Shown here one piece after another: positions 10,870 through 20,453 of a DNA stretch of 64,000 bases (position 1 is its first letter; every line of letters begins with the position of its first letter). The position numbers and the translations under genes are program-made. The notes under the pieces are model-generated. The model was given only the letters and a program-made list of their open reading frames with translations. It did no database searches and was not told where the DNA came from. Source of the DNA: Candidatus Poribacteria bacterium. Its GTDB lineage: Bacteria > Poribacteria > WGA-4E > WGA-3G. The stretch covers positions 2,400,001-2,464,000 of the forward strand of contig CBDANF010000003.1 of assembly GCA_965197475.1 (NCBI GenBank), given 5' to 3'.

Positions 10870-11952
10870 ATGAAACAGATAAAACTTGAACCTGAAGATT
10901 TTATTGTTGAAGAATTACCGCTTTATGCCCCTTCGCGGACAGGCACCCACACGTTTTTCGCTATCCGTAAACGAAATCTCAGTACGTTGGAAGCGATTAA
11001 TCAAATCGCATGGGTACTGCATGTGAACGCCAGAAATTTCGGGTACGCTGGTCTGAAGGATAAACGTGCAATCACAACGCAGGTGTTGTCTGTGGAAGGC
11101 GTTCCGCCTGAACAGGTTTTGGAGATGGAACTACCCGGAGTTGAGGTTTTGTGGGCTGAGCGGCATGGGCATAAATTGCGTGTCGGGCATCTTCGTGGCA
11201 ATCGGTTTGAGATAACGTTACGTGATATTTCACAGACAGCACACATGGTTGTTGAAGAAAAGATGGCTCAGTTGGCAACTGAGGGGGTGCCGAATCGGTT
11301 TGGTGCACAAAGGTTTGGCAATAAACAGGACTCGCACCTAATTGGAAAAGCATTGGTAAAGGGAGAATGGGAAAAAGCATTAGGGTACCTGCTTGATGAT
11401 GAAGCAACACGATTCAGCGAATACGCTAAGCGGATAGAACGGAAGAAAGAACAGGAATCGTTGGAAAACGCAGTGACATGCATTCCACATCGTCTTCGGA
11501 AGTTGTATTTGTCGGCATATCAGGCATCTCTGTTTAATTCTATTCTGGAGAAGCGACTGCCAAATTTAGGTAAACTTCTGGATGGCGATATTGCGGTGAA
11601 GCATAGCAACGGTGCTCCGTTCCTCGTTGAAAGTGCTACGGTAGAACAACCGCGGGCAGATGTATTTGAGATTAGTCCTTCCGGTCCTATCTTTGGGTAC
11701 AAGATGCGACATCCCACTGGAGCGGTTCAGGTGTTGGAGGCGGAACTTCTTGCTGAAGAAGAAGTGAAACCCACAGCGTTTCGCAAAGTTGCAGGAATTC
11801 GGCTACCGGGAACACGGCGACCACTACGTATGCAGATGGAATTGCATCGGGTTATGACCGTTCAAGCGGGATTACGTCTCTGTTTTACGTTACCTGCGGG
11901 TGGTTATGCCACGGTGGTGTTGGATGAACTCAAAGATTATCTTGTTGACTGA
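10870..11952 (+). CDS. truD: tRNA pseudouridine(13) synthase TruD
   Basis: PEDFIVEE, GYAGLKDKRAITTQ, GHLRGNRF, PNRFGAQRFG, FTLPAGGYAT. Start ambiguous among ATGs at 10858-10870. Confidence 0.95.
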   Translation: MKQIKLEPEDFIVEELPLYAPSRTGTHTFFAIRKRNLSTLEAINQIAWVLHVNARNFGYAGLKDKRAITTQVLSVEGVPPEQVLEMELPGVEVLWAERHGHKLRVGHLRGNRFEITLRDISQTAHMVVEEKMAQLATEGVPNRFGAQRFGNKQDSHLIGKALVKGEWEKALGYLLDDEATRFSEYAKRIERKKEQESLENAVTCIPHRLRKLYLSAYQASLFNSILEKRLPNLGKLLDGDIAVKHSNGAPFLVESATVEQPRADVFEISPSGPIFGYKMRHPTGAVQVLEAELLAEEEVKPTAFRKVAGIRLPGTRRPLRMQMELHRVMTVQAGLRLCFTLPAGGYATVVLDELKDYLVD

Positions 11953-13406
11953 AGAATTTTATCCCAATCCCAGATAAGAATAGTGCCATCGGAACTCCCT
12001 GTGGCAAGTGTTTTACCATCATAGGAAAATGACAACGTGTTGATTCTTGCGGAGTGTCCTGTCATTGATGCAAGATGTTTGCCAGTAAAAGGGTCCCATA
12101 ATCGGAGTATACCGTCCTCATCGGCACTGACAAGGATGTGTCCATCTGGTGAAAATGCTGCTACATAGACAGTTTCGGTATGCCCCACCAGAGTGGAAAG
12201 ATGTTGGCAGTTAATCGGATCCCAAAGTCTGATGGTTTTATCCGTACTCCCATTTGCAAGCGTCCGTCCATCCGGTGAAAACGCAACTGTTTCAACACTA
12301 TCGGTATGTCCTGTGAGGCAGGCGATCTGATGACCCGTAGTGCCATTCCATAAGCGAATTGTATCGTCAACACTCGCGCTGGCAAGGGTTCTACCATCCG
12401 GTGAAAATGCCACCGCCCCTACCCGTTCTGTATGTCCAGTTAGAACTGCAAATTGGTTTCCTGTATCAATATCCCACAATCGGATAGTGTTATCCTGATC
12501 TCCACCAGCAAGAATGGTGTTGTTCGGTGAAAACGCCAAAGATGTGACCGAATCTGTATGTTCTTGCAAGATTAACCGCTCAGTCCTGGTATCCACATCC
12601 CACAACCTTATGGTATCATCAACACTCGCGCTGGCAAGCGTTGTGCCATCTGGCGAGAATGCGACAGCTTCAATCATATACTCATGTCCTTCAAGCGTTG
12701 CGTGTAGCGTGTGTGTATTTAAGTCCCACAATCGAAGTGTTTCATCATCGCTGCCGCTAGCAAGTAGAGTTCCATCAGGAGAAATTGCCACTGAACTGAT
12801 CCATTCGGCATGTCCCATAATTACTGACTTTTCGTTGCCCAAGGTGATATCCCAGAAACGGATGGTCTGGTCGCCACTTGCGCTTGCGATCGTTTTGCCA
12901 TCAGGTGCAAAAGAGATGGCAGAGATGTAATCTTTGTGATCTGTGAAGGTTTTACGTTCGACACCTGTATCAGCATCCCAGAGTCTAACGGTATTGTCAT
13001 TGCTTCCACTCGCAAGCGTTCTACCATCCGGTGAAAATTCCAAATTGCCGATGGTGCCGACGTCTTCAATGAGGGTAACCCTCTTTACTCCGGTAGTGGC
13101 ATCCCATAGGCAGAGCGTCTCGTCCGAACTTCCACTGGCAAGAAGGACACCGTTGGGAGAATATGCAAGTGCTTTTACCGCGTCTGTATGTCCATTGAGT
13201 GTGGCGAGGTGTCTACCATTGCGTGCATCCCAGAGCCGGATGGTTTCATCACGACTTGCACTGGCGATGGTTGCCCCATCCGGTGAGAACGCTAAATCAC
13301 AGATTTCCCATTCATGTCCAGTAGCATTGAAAAGATGGCGGCGTGTACGGATATCCCAAAAGCGGATTGTCTTGTCCCATCCTGCAGCGACAAGTATATT
13401 AGACAT
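11937..13406 (-). CDS. WD40 repeat protein; 3' part of a MITE-split gene
   Basis: About 11 WD40 repeats; begins mid-repeat at an ATG that lies in the MITE terminal repeat. Confidence 0.8.
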   Translation of the reverse strand: MSNILVAAGWDKTIRFWDIRTRRHLFNATGHEWEICDLAFSPDGATIASASRDETIRLWDARNGRHLATLNGHTDAVKALAYSPNGVLLASGSSDETLCLWDATTGVKRVTLIEDVGTIGNLEFSPDGRTLASGSNDNTVRLWDADTGVERKTFTDHKDYISAISFAPDGKTIASASGDQTIRFWDITLGNEKSVIMGHAEWISSVAISPDGTLLASGSDDETLRLWDLNTHTLHATLEGHEYMIEAVAFSPDGTTLASASVDDTIRLWDVDTRTERLILQEHTDSVTSLAFSPNNTILAGGDQDNTIRLWDIDTGNQFAVLTGHTERVGAVAFSPDGRTLASASVDDTIRLWNGTTGHQIACLTGHTDSVETVAFSPDGRTLANGSTDKTIRLWDPINCQHLSTLVGHTETVYVAAFSPDGHILVSADEDGILRLWDPFTGKHLASMTGHSARINTLSFSYDGKTLATGSSDGTILIWDWDKILQSTR

Positions 13407-13684
13407 TATAATGATTTAATCGTCCGTCCCTGATATCACTAAGACCGAAATATAGTCTAAACGCTAATGGCTTGTCCGTCGGGTAGAGCGCAGCGAAACC
13501 CGACCTGTTTGTTCTGAATGTCAAGTGTTCAGATGGTGGAAGTTACCGTTTTATAGATTGCGAAATCTGCTATATTATCTCTGGAACCCTGATATTGTCG
13601 GGTTTCGCTGCGCTCTACCCGACCTACGAACTTTAGATTTTATTATAGACCAGTAACAACACACAATTAAAACGTTATAATGTC
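13402..13684. mobile_element. 283-bp MITE with GACATTATAA TIRs and 5-bp target duplication
   Basis: TIR gacattataatgatttaat vs gacattataacgttttaat (17/19); TATTA at 13397-13401 and 13685-13689; internal perfect 27-bp inverted pair at 13478-13504 and 13597-13623. Confidence 0.9.
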
Positions 13685-14030
13685 TATTACCATCCGGCGA
13701 GACTACCAACGCGTTTATATCGTTTTCATCTGCGCCCATTATAGTGGTGATCTGCTCTCCAGTACGAATATCCCAAAGCCGAATCGTTTCATCTCCGCCA
13801 GCACTGGCGAGAGTGAAAAAATGTGAGTGAATAGACCGGTTCCGTATGCCCTGTAAGGAATGCGATTTCGGCGCATGTGTGTACATTGTATATCCAAATG
13901 CCGATATAAGTAGCGGCAGCAAGACGGCTACCATCTGGCGAATACTTAATATCTCTTAATGCGCCTTTACCGAATCGAGCTATGGTACACGGGGGAAGTC
14001 CCCATTGGATATAGGGTTTTTGTATGTTCA
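13685..14030 (-). pseudogene. 5' part of the split WD40 gene, with a further deletion/frameshift
   Basis: MNIQKPYIQWGLPPCTIARFGKG N-cap; frameshift near 13815 where SPDG is missing; continues TLASAGGDETIRLWD...VSPDGN up to the MITE. Confidence 0.85.
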
Positions 14031-14242
14031 TGGGTCCTATCTCTGATTTTAAGATGAATACATCTGCTTTATATGATACGCGTGTTTTGTGAATACCGAT
14101 GTTGGCAAATTGCTTGTATTTTTGTGTTAAATAAGATATACTAAACTCCATGAAGGTTGATTTTACCCTGACGTGATATTGTGCCACATTAAACCTTGAA
14201 AAACAATACAAATTCCTTTCCGAGAACATTGAGGCGAAAGAG

Positions 14243-17200
14243 ATGAACATTCTCCACGATTTGAATAAAAAACAGGTGGAAGCTGTAATCCATAAAAACG
14301 GTCCTATGCTTGTTATTGCGGGTCCTGGCACTGGCAAGACAAAAGTCATCACACACCGTATCGCCTACCTAATTCGTCAGCACGGAATTAAGCCCTACAA
14401 CATTCTTGCGATTACCTTTACCAATAAAGCCGCACAAGAGATGCGCGAACGCGTTAACAACGAGATTGGCGAACCGCACGGTTCTAACATTAAGGTCAGT
14501 ACCTTCCACGCCTTTTGTGTTAAAGTTCTCCGCAAGTATGCCCATCATATAGGATTAAGCGAAAATTTCACTATTTTCGACAAGGAAATCCAAGATGAAA
14601 TCTTTGCGGAAGTGGTCCGCGAACTAAATCTCAATCCTTACAATTACCCGCCGTGGAGGTTGCGGAATATCATCAGCGATGCTAAATGCAAATTGGACAA
14701 TTTGATGGATGACCCATATATTGATCCGGATGCTATTGCTGACATAGACGATACGGACGCGGAAACGAATATCGAAAATGCGTTGAATGCCTATCAGAGC
14801 AAACTTGCCGAATACAACGCCCTCGATTTTGATGATCTTCTGGTCCAAACGGTTGTGTTGTTTGAACAAGTGCCAGAGGTACAACAGGACTACCATAAGC
14901 AAATATCACATATCCTTGTAGACGAATACCATGATGTGAACAGCGCGCAATACGCACTACTCAAACTAATTTGCGCGTCTCCAGAACATAATCTCATGGT
15001 TGTTGCCGATGCAGATCAATCTATCTACAGTTGGCGTGGGTCAAATCCGCAGTATATTGATAATTTTATCACCGATTTCACACCGCAAACCGTAGAATTA
15101 GATGAGCATTATCGGTGTAGTGAGAAAATCTTACGCGCTGCAGAGAAGGTTATTGACAAAAATAGTGAACGCCAGAAACAACACACACTCAAAACACATA
15201 AAGATGTGGGACGTAATATCTTTCACTATACCTTTAATACCGCCCCAGAGGAAGCACGTAGTATTATTCGGATTATCCAAAAATTGATAAAAGAACGCAG
15301 CTACTCTTATCGTGATATCGCGGTCTTCTACCGTACACATAAACTCGCCGATGTTTTGACAGAAGAGTTGCTACGATCAAAAATAAAATTTCAGCGTATT
15401 CGTCCTACCAATTCCTTTGATGAGGAAAATAGCAAAGGTGTCCTCTCTTACCTCCGTTTTATCCAATGGCAACTCCCGCACGATCTTGAATATGCTATCA
15501 ATTTTCCTGAAAAACGGATTGACGATTTGACCTGGGTTCGCCTCAGATGGTTAGCACAACGTAAAGCGTTAACGTTGGTTGATCTTTTGAAAAACATTGA
15601 GGAGTATCCAGAAGATGTCGGTCCATTGACACGGCGAAACATTCAACGGTTTTGGACACAACTTGAGAGATTATCGGGCGAAATTGAGGGCGAAAAGATC
15701 GATAAAATCGCTCAAAAACTCTTTGCAACTTTGGATCTTTTCCGTTCTCCCTACCGCACTAAAGAATTGACGGTCATTGAAAAACAACCTGAGATGCAGA
15801 ATCTTGCTCTCGCGCAGGATGTACTATACAGCGCACTTGATCGTAATGAACCGATTCAGATTACTGCCAGTTATGAGATCGATGAGTATTGTGCTGCAGA
15901 GATTATCCATCAGACGCTTAAAACCTATCTGGATAAGAATGTCCACATCCGATTTTTGCCCAAAGAGTTACAAACTGATAAACAAGAATCTCAACCTACG
16001 AGTAGTAGTGTCAGTAAAAGTGCACCGATACGGAACGGAAATGGAATCAATCTGTTAATTGGAGACTTTGGGGAACTTGGTGAAATGGCAGCAGAATCGC
16101 GAACAATCCTTATCGGCACGACAATTTCTGGGGAGATAGGTGTGATTCAGCTGCAACTCGATGGAATTCGGAGTATCGCTGCGCTCAAACTATGTCAACG
16201 TCTTTTGAGTCGTTTTGAAACGCCTAACATGGCAGATATGGTTATCTACGACTTGGAAACAACAGGTGTCAATACAAAAAATGCAAACATTGTTGAGATT
16301 GCTGCACAACGACTAAATGTAATTGGGAATGAGGTTGAACGTTATTATCGGTTAGTGAAACCTCCGGGCGGATACATACCGAGGGAAACCACCCGTATAC
16401 ACGGAATTGACGAAGACACAGTCAAAGATTGCCCCAGTATAGAAATTGTCCTTCCCGAATTTTGTGGGTTCATCCAAGACCGCATCCTAATTGGACATAA
16501 TGTGGCACAGTATGATAATCCTATTCTGGAACGTGACTTACGAAGATATCTTAAGCGAGGGTTACCGAATCCCCATTATGACACGCTTACGACTGCCCGC
16601 AGACTTTTTCCGCGTCAACGGCGCGGCATCGGGACACTCGCTGAAAAATTCGGCATTGAACATGATCGTCTCCATAGAGCGATGGAAGATGTTGAAGCTA
16701 ACCGCAAAATCTTCAAGGAATTAATCAAGATTGATGCGCAAAAGCAGGAAGTGAAGTCCCTCACAGAATTTCTGCCACTTGTCGGGGTAGGTATCCTTGC
16801 CAAAACAGTTGACCCTGACGAACGCGACGTATTGAACGATGTCAGTGCGTTTCTAAATGCTTCAAAACGTTATGTCCAAGCGAATCATTCCAGATTATCT
16901 GACGATCTGCCCTTTGATTCCACTGAGAAAGAACAAGCAGAAGAATTCATCAATCAGTTGCAGCAATCTGATATCCCAATTTTTCGAGAAGATACGGAAT
17001 GGATTGAACACAAGTCGAAGTTCCTAAACGTCATCGTCCATTTTGAAAAAATGGGACAAGGGCATTTTCTTACCGACTTTTTAGATTATCAGAAATTGCT
17101 TACCAGTTTTGATGAAATTGACGATAAGACGGAGCAACTCACATTGATGACGCTGCACGCTGCGAAAGGGACAGAATTTCCGGTTGTGATTATCATCGGT

Positions 17201-17422
17201 ATGGAGGAGGGGAGTTTTCCGATGTGGAAACAGGGTATCACGCAAGCGGAACTTGAAGAGGAACGCCGTCTCTTCTATGTTGGTATGACGCGTGCACAGG
17301 ATCAGCTCTATCTATCTTCTGCTGTCTATCGTTTTGGTGACCGTCAGCGTTCTACGTCTATGTTTATTCACGAGATGCCGCCTGATTATATGATAAAGTG
17401 GAGTCCGTTTAGAGATAGGTAA
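14243..17422 (+). CDS. UvrD/PcrA-family helicase with inserted degenerate DHH-like region and DEDDh 3'-5' exonuclease
   Basis: AGPGTGKT, AITFTNKAA, DEYHD, DQSIYSWRG, TLHAAKGTEF, EEERRLFYVGMTRA; insert with DLETTG, GHNVAQYD, HRAMED. Confidence 0.92.
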   Translation: MNILHDLNKKQVEAVIHKNGPMLVIAGPGTGKTKVITHRIAYLIRQHGIKPYNILAITFTNKAAQEMRERVNNEIGEPHGSNIKVSTFHAFCVKVLRKYAHHIGLSENFTIFDKEIQDEIFAEVVRELNLNPYNYPPWRLRNIISDAKCKLDNLMDDPYIDPDAIADIDDTDAETNIENALNAYQSKLAEYNALDFDDLLVQTVVLFEQVPEVQQDYHKQISHILVDEYHDVNSAQYALLKLICASPEHNLMVVADADQSIYSWRGSNPQYIDNFITDFTPQTVELDEHYRCSEKILRAAEKVIDKNSERQKQHTLKTHKDVGRNIFHYTFNTAPEEARSIIRIIQKLIKERSYSYRDIAVFYRTHKLADVLTEELLRSKIKFQRIRPTNSFDEENSKGVLSYLRFIQWQLPHDLEYAINFPEKRIDDLTWVRLRWLAQRKALTLVDLLKNIEEYPEDVGPLTRRNIQRFWTQLERLSGEIEGEKIDKIAQKLFATLDLFRSPYRTKELTVIEKQPEMQNLALAQDVLYSALDRNEPIQITASYEIDEYCAAEIIHQTLKTYLDKNVHIRFLPKELQTDKQESQPTSSSVSKSAPIRNGNGINLLIGDFGELGEMAAESRTILIGTTISGEIGVIQLQLDGIRSIAALKLCQRLLSRFETPNMADMVIYDLETTGVNTKNANIVEIAAQRLNVIGNEVERYYRLVKPPGGYIPRETTRIHGIDEDTVKDCPSIEIVLPEFCGFIQDRILIGHNVAQYDNPILERDLRRYLKRGLPNPHYDTLTTARRLFPRQRRGIGTLAEKFGIEHDRLHRAMEDVEANRKIFKELIKIDAQKQEVKSLTEFLPLVGVGILAKTVDPDERDVLNDVSAFLNASKRYVQANHSRLSDDLPFDSTEKEQAEEFINQLQQSDIPIFREDTEWIEHKSKFLNVIVHFEKMGQGHFLTDFLDYQKLLTSFDEIDDKTEQLTLMTLHAAKGTEFPVVIIIGMEEGSFPMWKQGITQAELEEERRLFYVGMTRAQDQLYLSSAVYRFGDRQRSTSMFIHEMPPDYMIKWSPFRDR

Positions 17423-17498
17423 CAATTCACAATGCAGTGCGTCAACCTCAATCCAAAATTTCAGCTAATAGACTGCAACTGAGATTGAAGTTAACTTA

Positions 17499-17799
17499 TA
17501 CCATACCTAATTGACAAAATATCATAATAGCTTGTTTTATACCATACACCTTTCGCACCGCTGGTGCTGAGATGCGATTGACTATAGCCTCGGAGAGGCA
17601 GCATGCGCGTATGGCATGCTGCATGAGGTGTCCAGCAGCTGATGTCTGTTTTACCAAGCCCCAGAGGGCAGCATGCGCGTATAGCATGCTGCATGAGGTG
17701 TCCATTTTTCCACGGCATAACACTAAAATTGACGCATAAGGGTATCGCAAGCTCTACCCGACCTACGAAATAATGCAATACAATCTCTTAGAAATGGTA
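17499..17799. mobile_element. MITE-like composite repeat with TACCAT termini (copy 1)
   Basis: TACCAT...ATGGTA ends (13 of 16 bp inverted match in copy 2); TTA on both sides; highly similar to 41472-41822 in inverted orientation; internal gcagcatg...catgctgc palindromes. Confidence 0.85.
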
Positions 17800-19677
17800 T
17801 TATTTTTGAATTGCGCGAACTTTGTCCCAGTCCCATAATAGAATAGTGCCATCATCACTCCAACTCGCGAGGGTTTTGCCATCCGGTGAAAACTCAACCA
17901 CATTGACTGACTCTGTGTGTCCTGTGAGCGTTAAAAGGAGGGTAGCAGTCGCAACATCCCATAACTGTATCCCCCTACCCATTCCACCGCTTATCAATGT
18001 CCCTCCATCTGGTGAAAATACCAAAGATTCTATAAAAGTATTTTTCTCTATGAAAACTTGTAACTTTCGGTTTTTGTTAATATCCCACAACAAAAGTTCG
18101 TTCCAACTTACACTCGCTAAGTGGCTTCCATCCGGTGAAAATGCGATTGCTAAAATGTCGTTTTTATGTCCAGTAATAGTAGATAGCAGCTTGCCGTTAA
18201 TTGTATCCCATAAGCGAATTGTGTTATCCCGATCCACATTTACGAGGGATGTACCGTCTAGCGAAAACTTTACCATCTTGGAGTCCGCTTCATCAATTTT
18301 AAGAGTAGCGTGCAATTCGCCACTCCTTACATCCCACCGCCATATTTTCTGAAACAACCCTGCGCTGGTGAGTGTGGTGCTGTCAGGTGAGAAAGCTAAT
18401 GTCATTTGCGTTTTCATGCTGTCATGACGAATTAACAATGCTTCTCTGGTTCCGATGTTCCACAAATAGATTGTATTGTCAGAATTCCCACTAGCAAGTG
18501 TCTGGCCGTCAGGTGAGAACGCTAAAGCCTTCGATGTTCTCATATTTTCATGACGAATCAGCACCGTTTTTCCTGTCTCAATGTCCAACAACTGGATTGT
18601 ATCGTCAGCGTTCCCACTGGCGAGTGTCGTGCCGTCCGGTGAAAACGCTAACCCAGTTCCAACATGTTTATGTGCTACGGCGGGAAAGCGTTGATCCCCG
18701 TTGATCGTATCCCAAACCCGAATTGTGCCATTTCGACTCACCGTCGTAAGTGTTTTTCCGTCAGGTGAGAACGCCAACCCATCAACCCAACCAGGATGTT
18801 CCTTCGGTAACACAGTGGTGTCAATATCGTTGGAATTCATTTCCAACCATTCAACTGCATCTGAATCTCCTCCAACAGCGAGTTTAGTGCCATCTGGTGA
18901 GAATGCTAACGCGTCAACCGACCAGTTATGTGAATGATGATTCTCCCGAATTTTACGGGTCTTTACATCCCACACATAAAGCGTTGGCCACTCAGTTCCA
19001 CCACTGGCAATCATTTTCCCATCCGGTGAAAATGTTAACTCAGTTACAATATAATCATGTTCAAAGAAGGTGTCCTGCAGTTTACCCGTTTCTGGGTTCC
19101 ATAAACACACCGTCTTGTCTGAACTTCCGCTTGCGAGCGTTTTGCCATCCGGTGAAAACGCAACTATGTTGACAGCACCTGTATGTCCAGTGAGTTGTCT
19201 ACTACTCTTACCTGTCTCTGTATCCCACAACCCGATTGTTCCATCACGACTTCCGCTGGCGAGTGTTTTGCCATCCGGTGAAAACGCAACTGAATAAATC
19301 TTTTGTGTGTGCATGGGAGAAAAATGCCTAATTTCACCTGTTTCTAAATGTTGTAGCCAGATTGCCCCCTTATTACTACCGCTAACAAGCATTTTGCCTG
19401 CTGGCGAGAATGCGATCGCTGAAACATCAAACGGGGTTGCAGGTGCCAAAGCAGTTTCAGTACCATTAGCTGAATCATAAATCCAAACGCCGATATTACT
19501 GGCTATTGCAAGTCGTGTCCCATCTGGTGAGAACGCCGTGTCACTTACGTTCCCTTTATTGATACCGAATCGGACTTTGGCACCGAAAGGTAATTCCGTT
19601 TGGGCTTCAGCATTTTGATAGACCACAATGCACATTGATAAGAAAATGAGGGCAATGAAATGTGTCTGAATCTTCAC
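17800..19677 (-). CDS. Secreted WD40 repeat protein (about 14 repeats)
   Basis: Signal peptide AEA-Q; WD40 repeats; GTG start with AAGGAG RBS. Confidence 0.92.
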   Translation of the reverse strand: MKIQTHFIALIFLSMCIVVYQNAEAQTELPFGAKVRFGINKGNVSDTAFSPDGTRLAIASNIGVWIYDSANGTETALAPATPFDVSAIAFSPAGKMLVSGSNKGAIWLQHLETGEIRHFSPMHTQKIYSVAFSPDGKTLASGSRDGTIGLWDTETGKSSRQLTGHTGAVNIVAFSPDGKTLASGSSDKTVCLWNPETGKLQDTFFEHDYIVTELTFSPDGKMIASGGTEWPTLYVWDVKTRKIRENHHSHNWSVDALAFSPDGTKLAVGGDSDAVEWLEMNSNDIDTTVLPKEHPGWVDGLAFSPDGKTLTTVSRNGTIRVWDTINGDQRFPAVAHKHVGTGLAFSPDGTTLASGNADDTIQLLDIETGKTVLIRHENMRTSKALAFSPDGQTLASGNSDNTIYLWNIGTREALLIRHDSMKTQMTLAFSPDSTTLTSAGLFQKIWRWDVRSGELHATLKIDEADSKMVKFSLDGTSLVNVDRDNTIRLWDTINGKLLSTITGHKNDILAIAFSPDGSHLASVSWNELLLWDINKNRKLQVFIEKNTFIESLVFSPDGGTLISGGMGRGIQLWDVATATLLLTLTGHTESVNVVEFSPDGKTLASWSDDGTILLWDWDKVRAIQK

Positions 19678-19760
19678 ATTCTCTCTCCTTCAAACTACTT
19701 GACTTGTCTGGAATTAGTTCTTCGTTTTAGCTACTCAGCAAACTGTAGCAAAGAATATTA

Positions 19761-20292
19761 TAACGTGAGCTCGGTATAAGCAATCTTTTGTAGTACAAAC
19801 TGTTAGTTTGCGTTCCAGGATGCACAAACTAAATGAAGATTAACTTATTCTTTCGGTAATTCTTATTTTCTCCGTTACCGGTAGGTGCGGTTTCCTAATC
19901 ACACCATAAGCGTCAATTTAGTGTGTTTTTTATGCAAAAAAGGTGTAGATTTATGAAGAAAGCAGCACCAGCGGTGCGGAATGTGTATAGAAAACGGTGT
20001 TAAACACACTCTTGAACCTCAGCGGGGTGACAGGTGCCTGACAACAGGTGCACATGGACACCTTTCGCCCCGCTGGGGCTTAGATATCCGAATATAGGTT
20101 TATTTCCTTAAATTGATGCCTATGGTGCGGTTTCCCAGTTGCACTGGAGCTGGTTATGAAATTACCGATTTTATTTGTTAATCTTCATACAGTTTGTGCT
20201 ACAAAGTGCGGTTAGAAACCGCACCTACCGCGGTTATGAGAGTAAGATTCAAGCATTAAGAACTTCATATCTCTTATACCGAGCTCACGTTA
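19761..20292. mobile_element. Nested miniature elements (outer perfect 20-bp TIR)
   Basis: taacgtgagctcggtataag / cttataccgagctcacgtta flanked by TTA; inner TIR pairs at 19833-20188 and 19904-20125; REP-like palindromes. Confidence 0.88.
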
Positions 20293-20453
20293 TTATAAGT
20301 AAAGAATGTAAATTCACAAAAATAGTTACATAAAAACGTAAGTTTGTCTTGATTTACTTTTATGAAGTCTTCTCTTGAAAGAGTTATTGAAAAAAATGAC
20401 TAAGCATGGCATACTAACAGATATACCGAAATCAAACATTTTACATCAAATAA

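Noticed and set aside
13789-14352. 187-aa ORF as an intact gene
   Set aside because: Its 5' part is antisense to the helicase and intergenic DNA; only 14030 downward is WD40 pseudogene.
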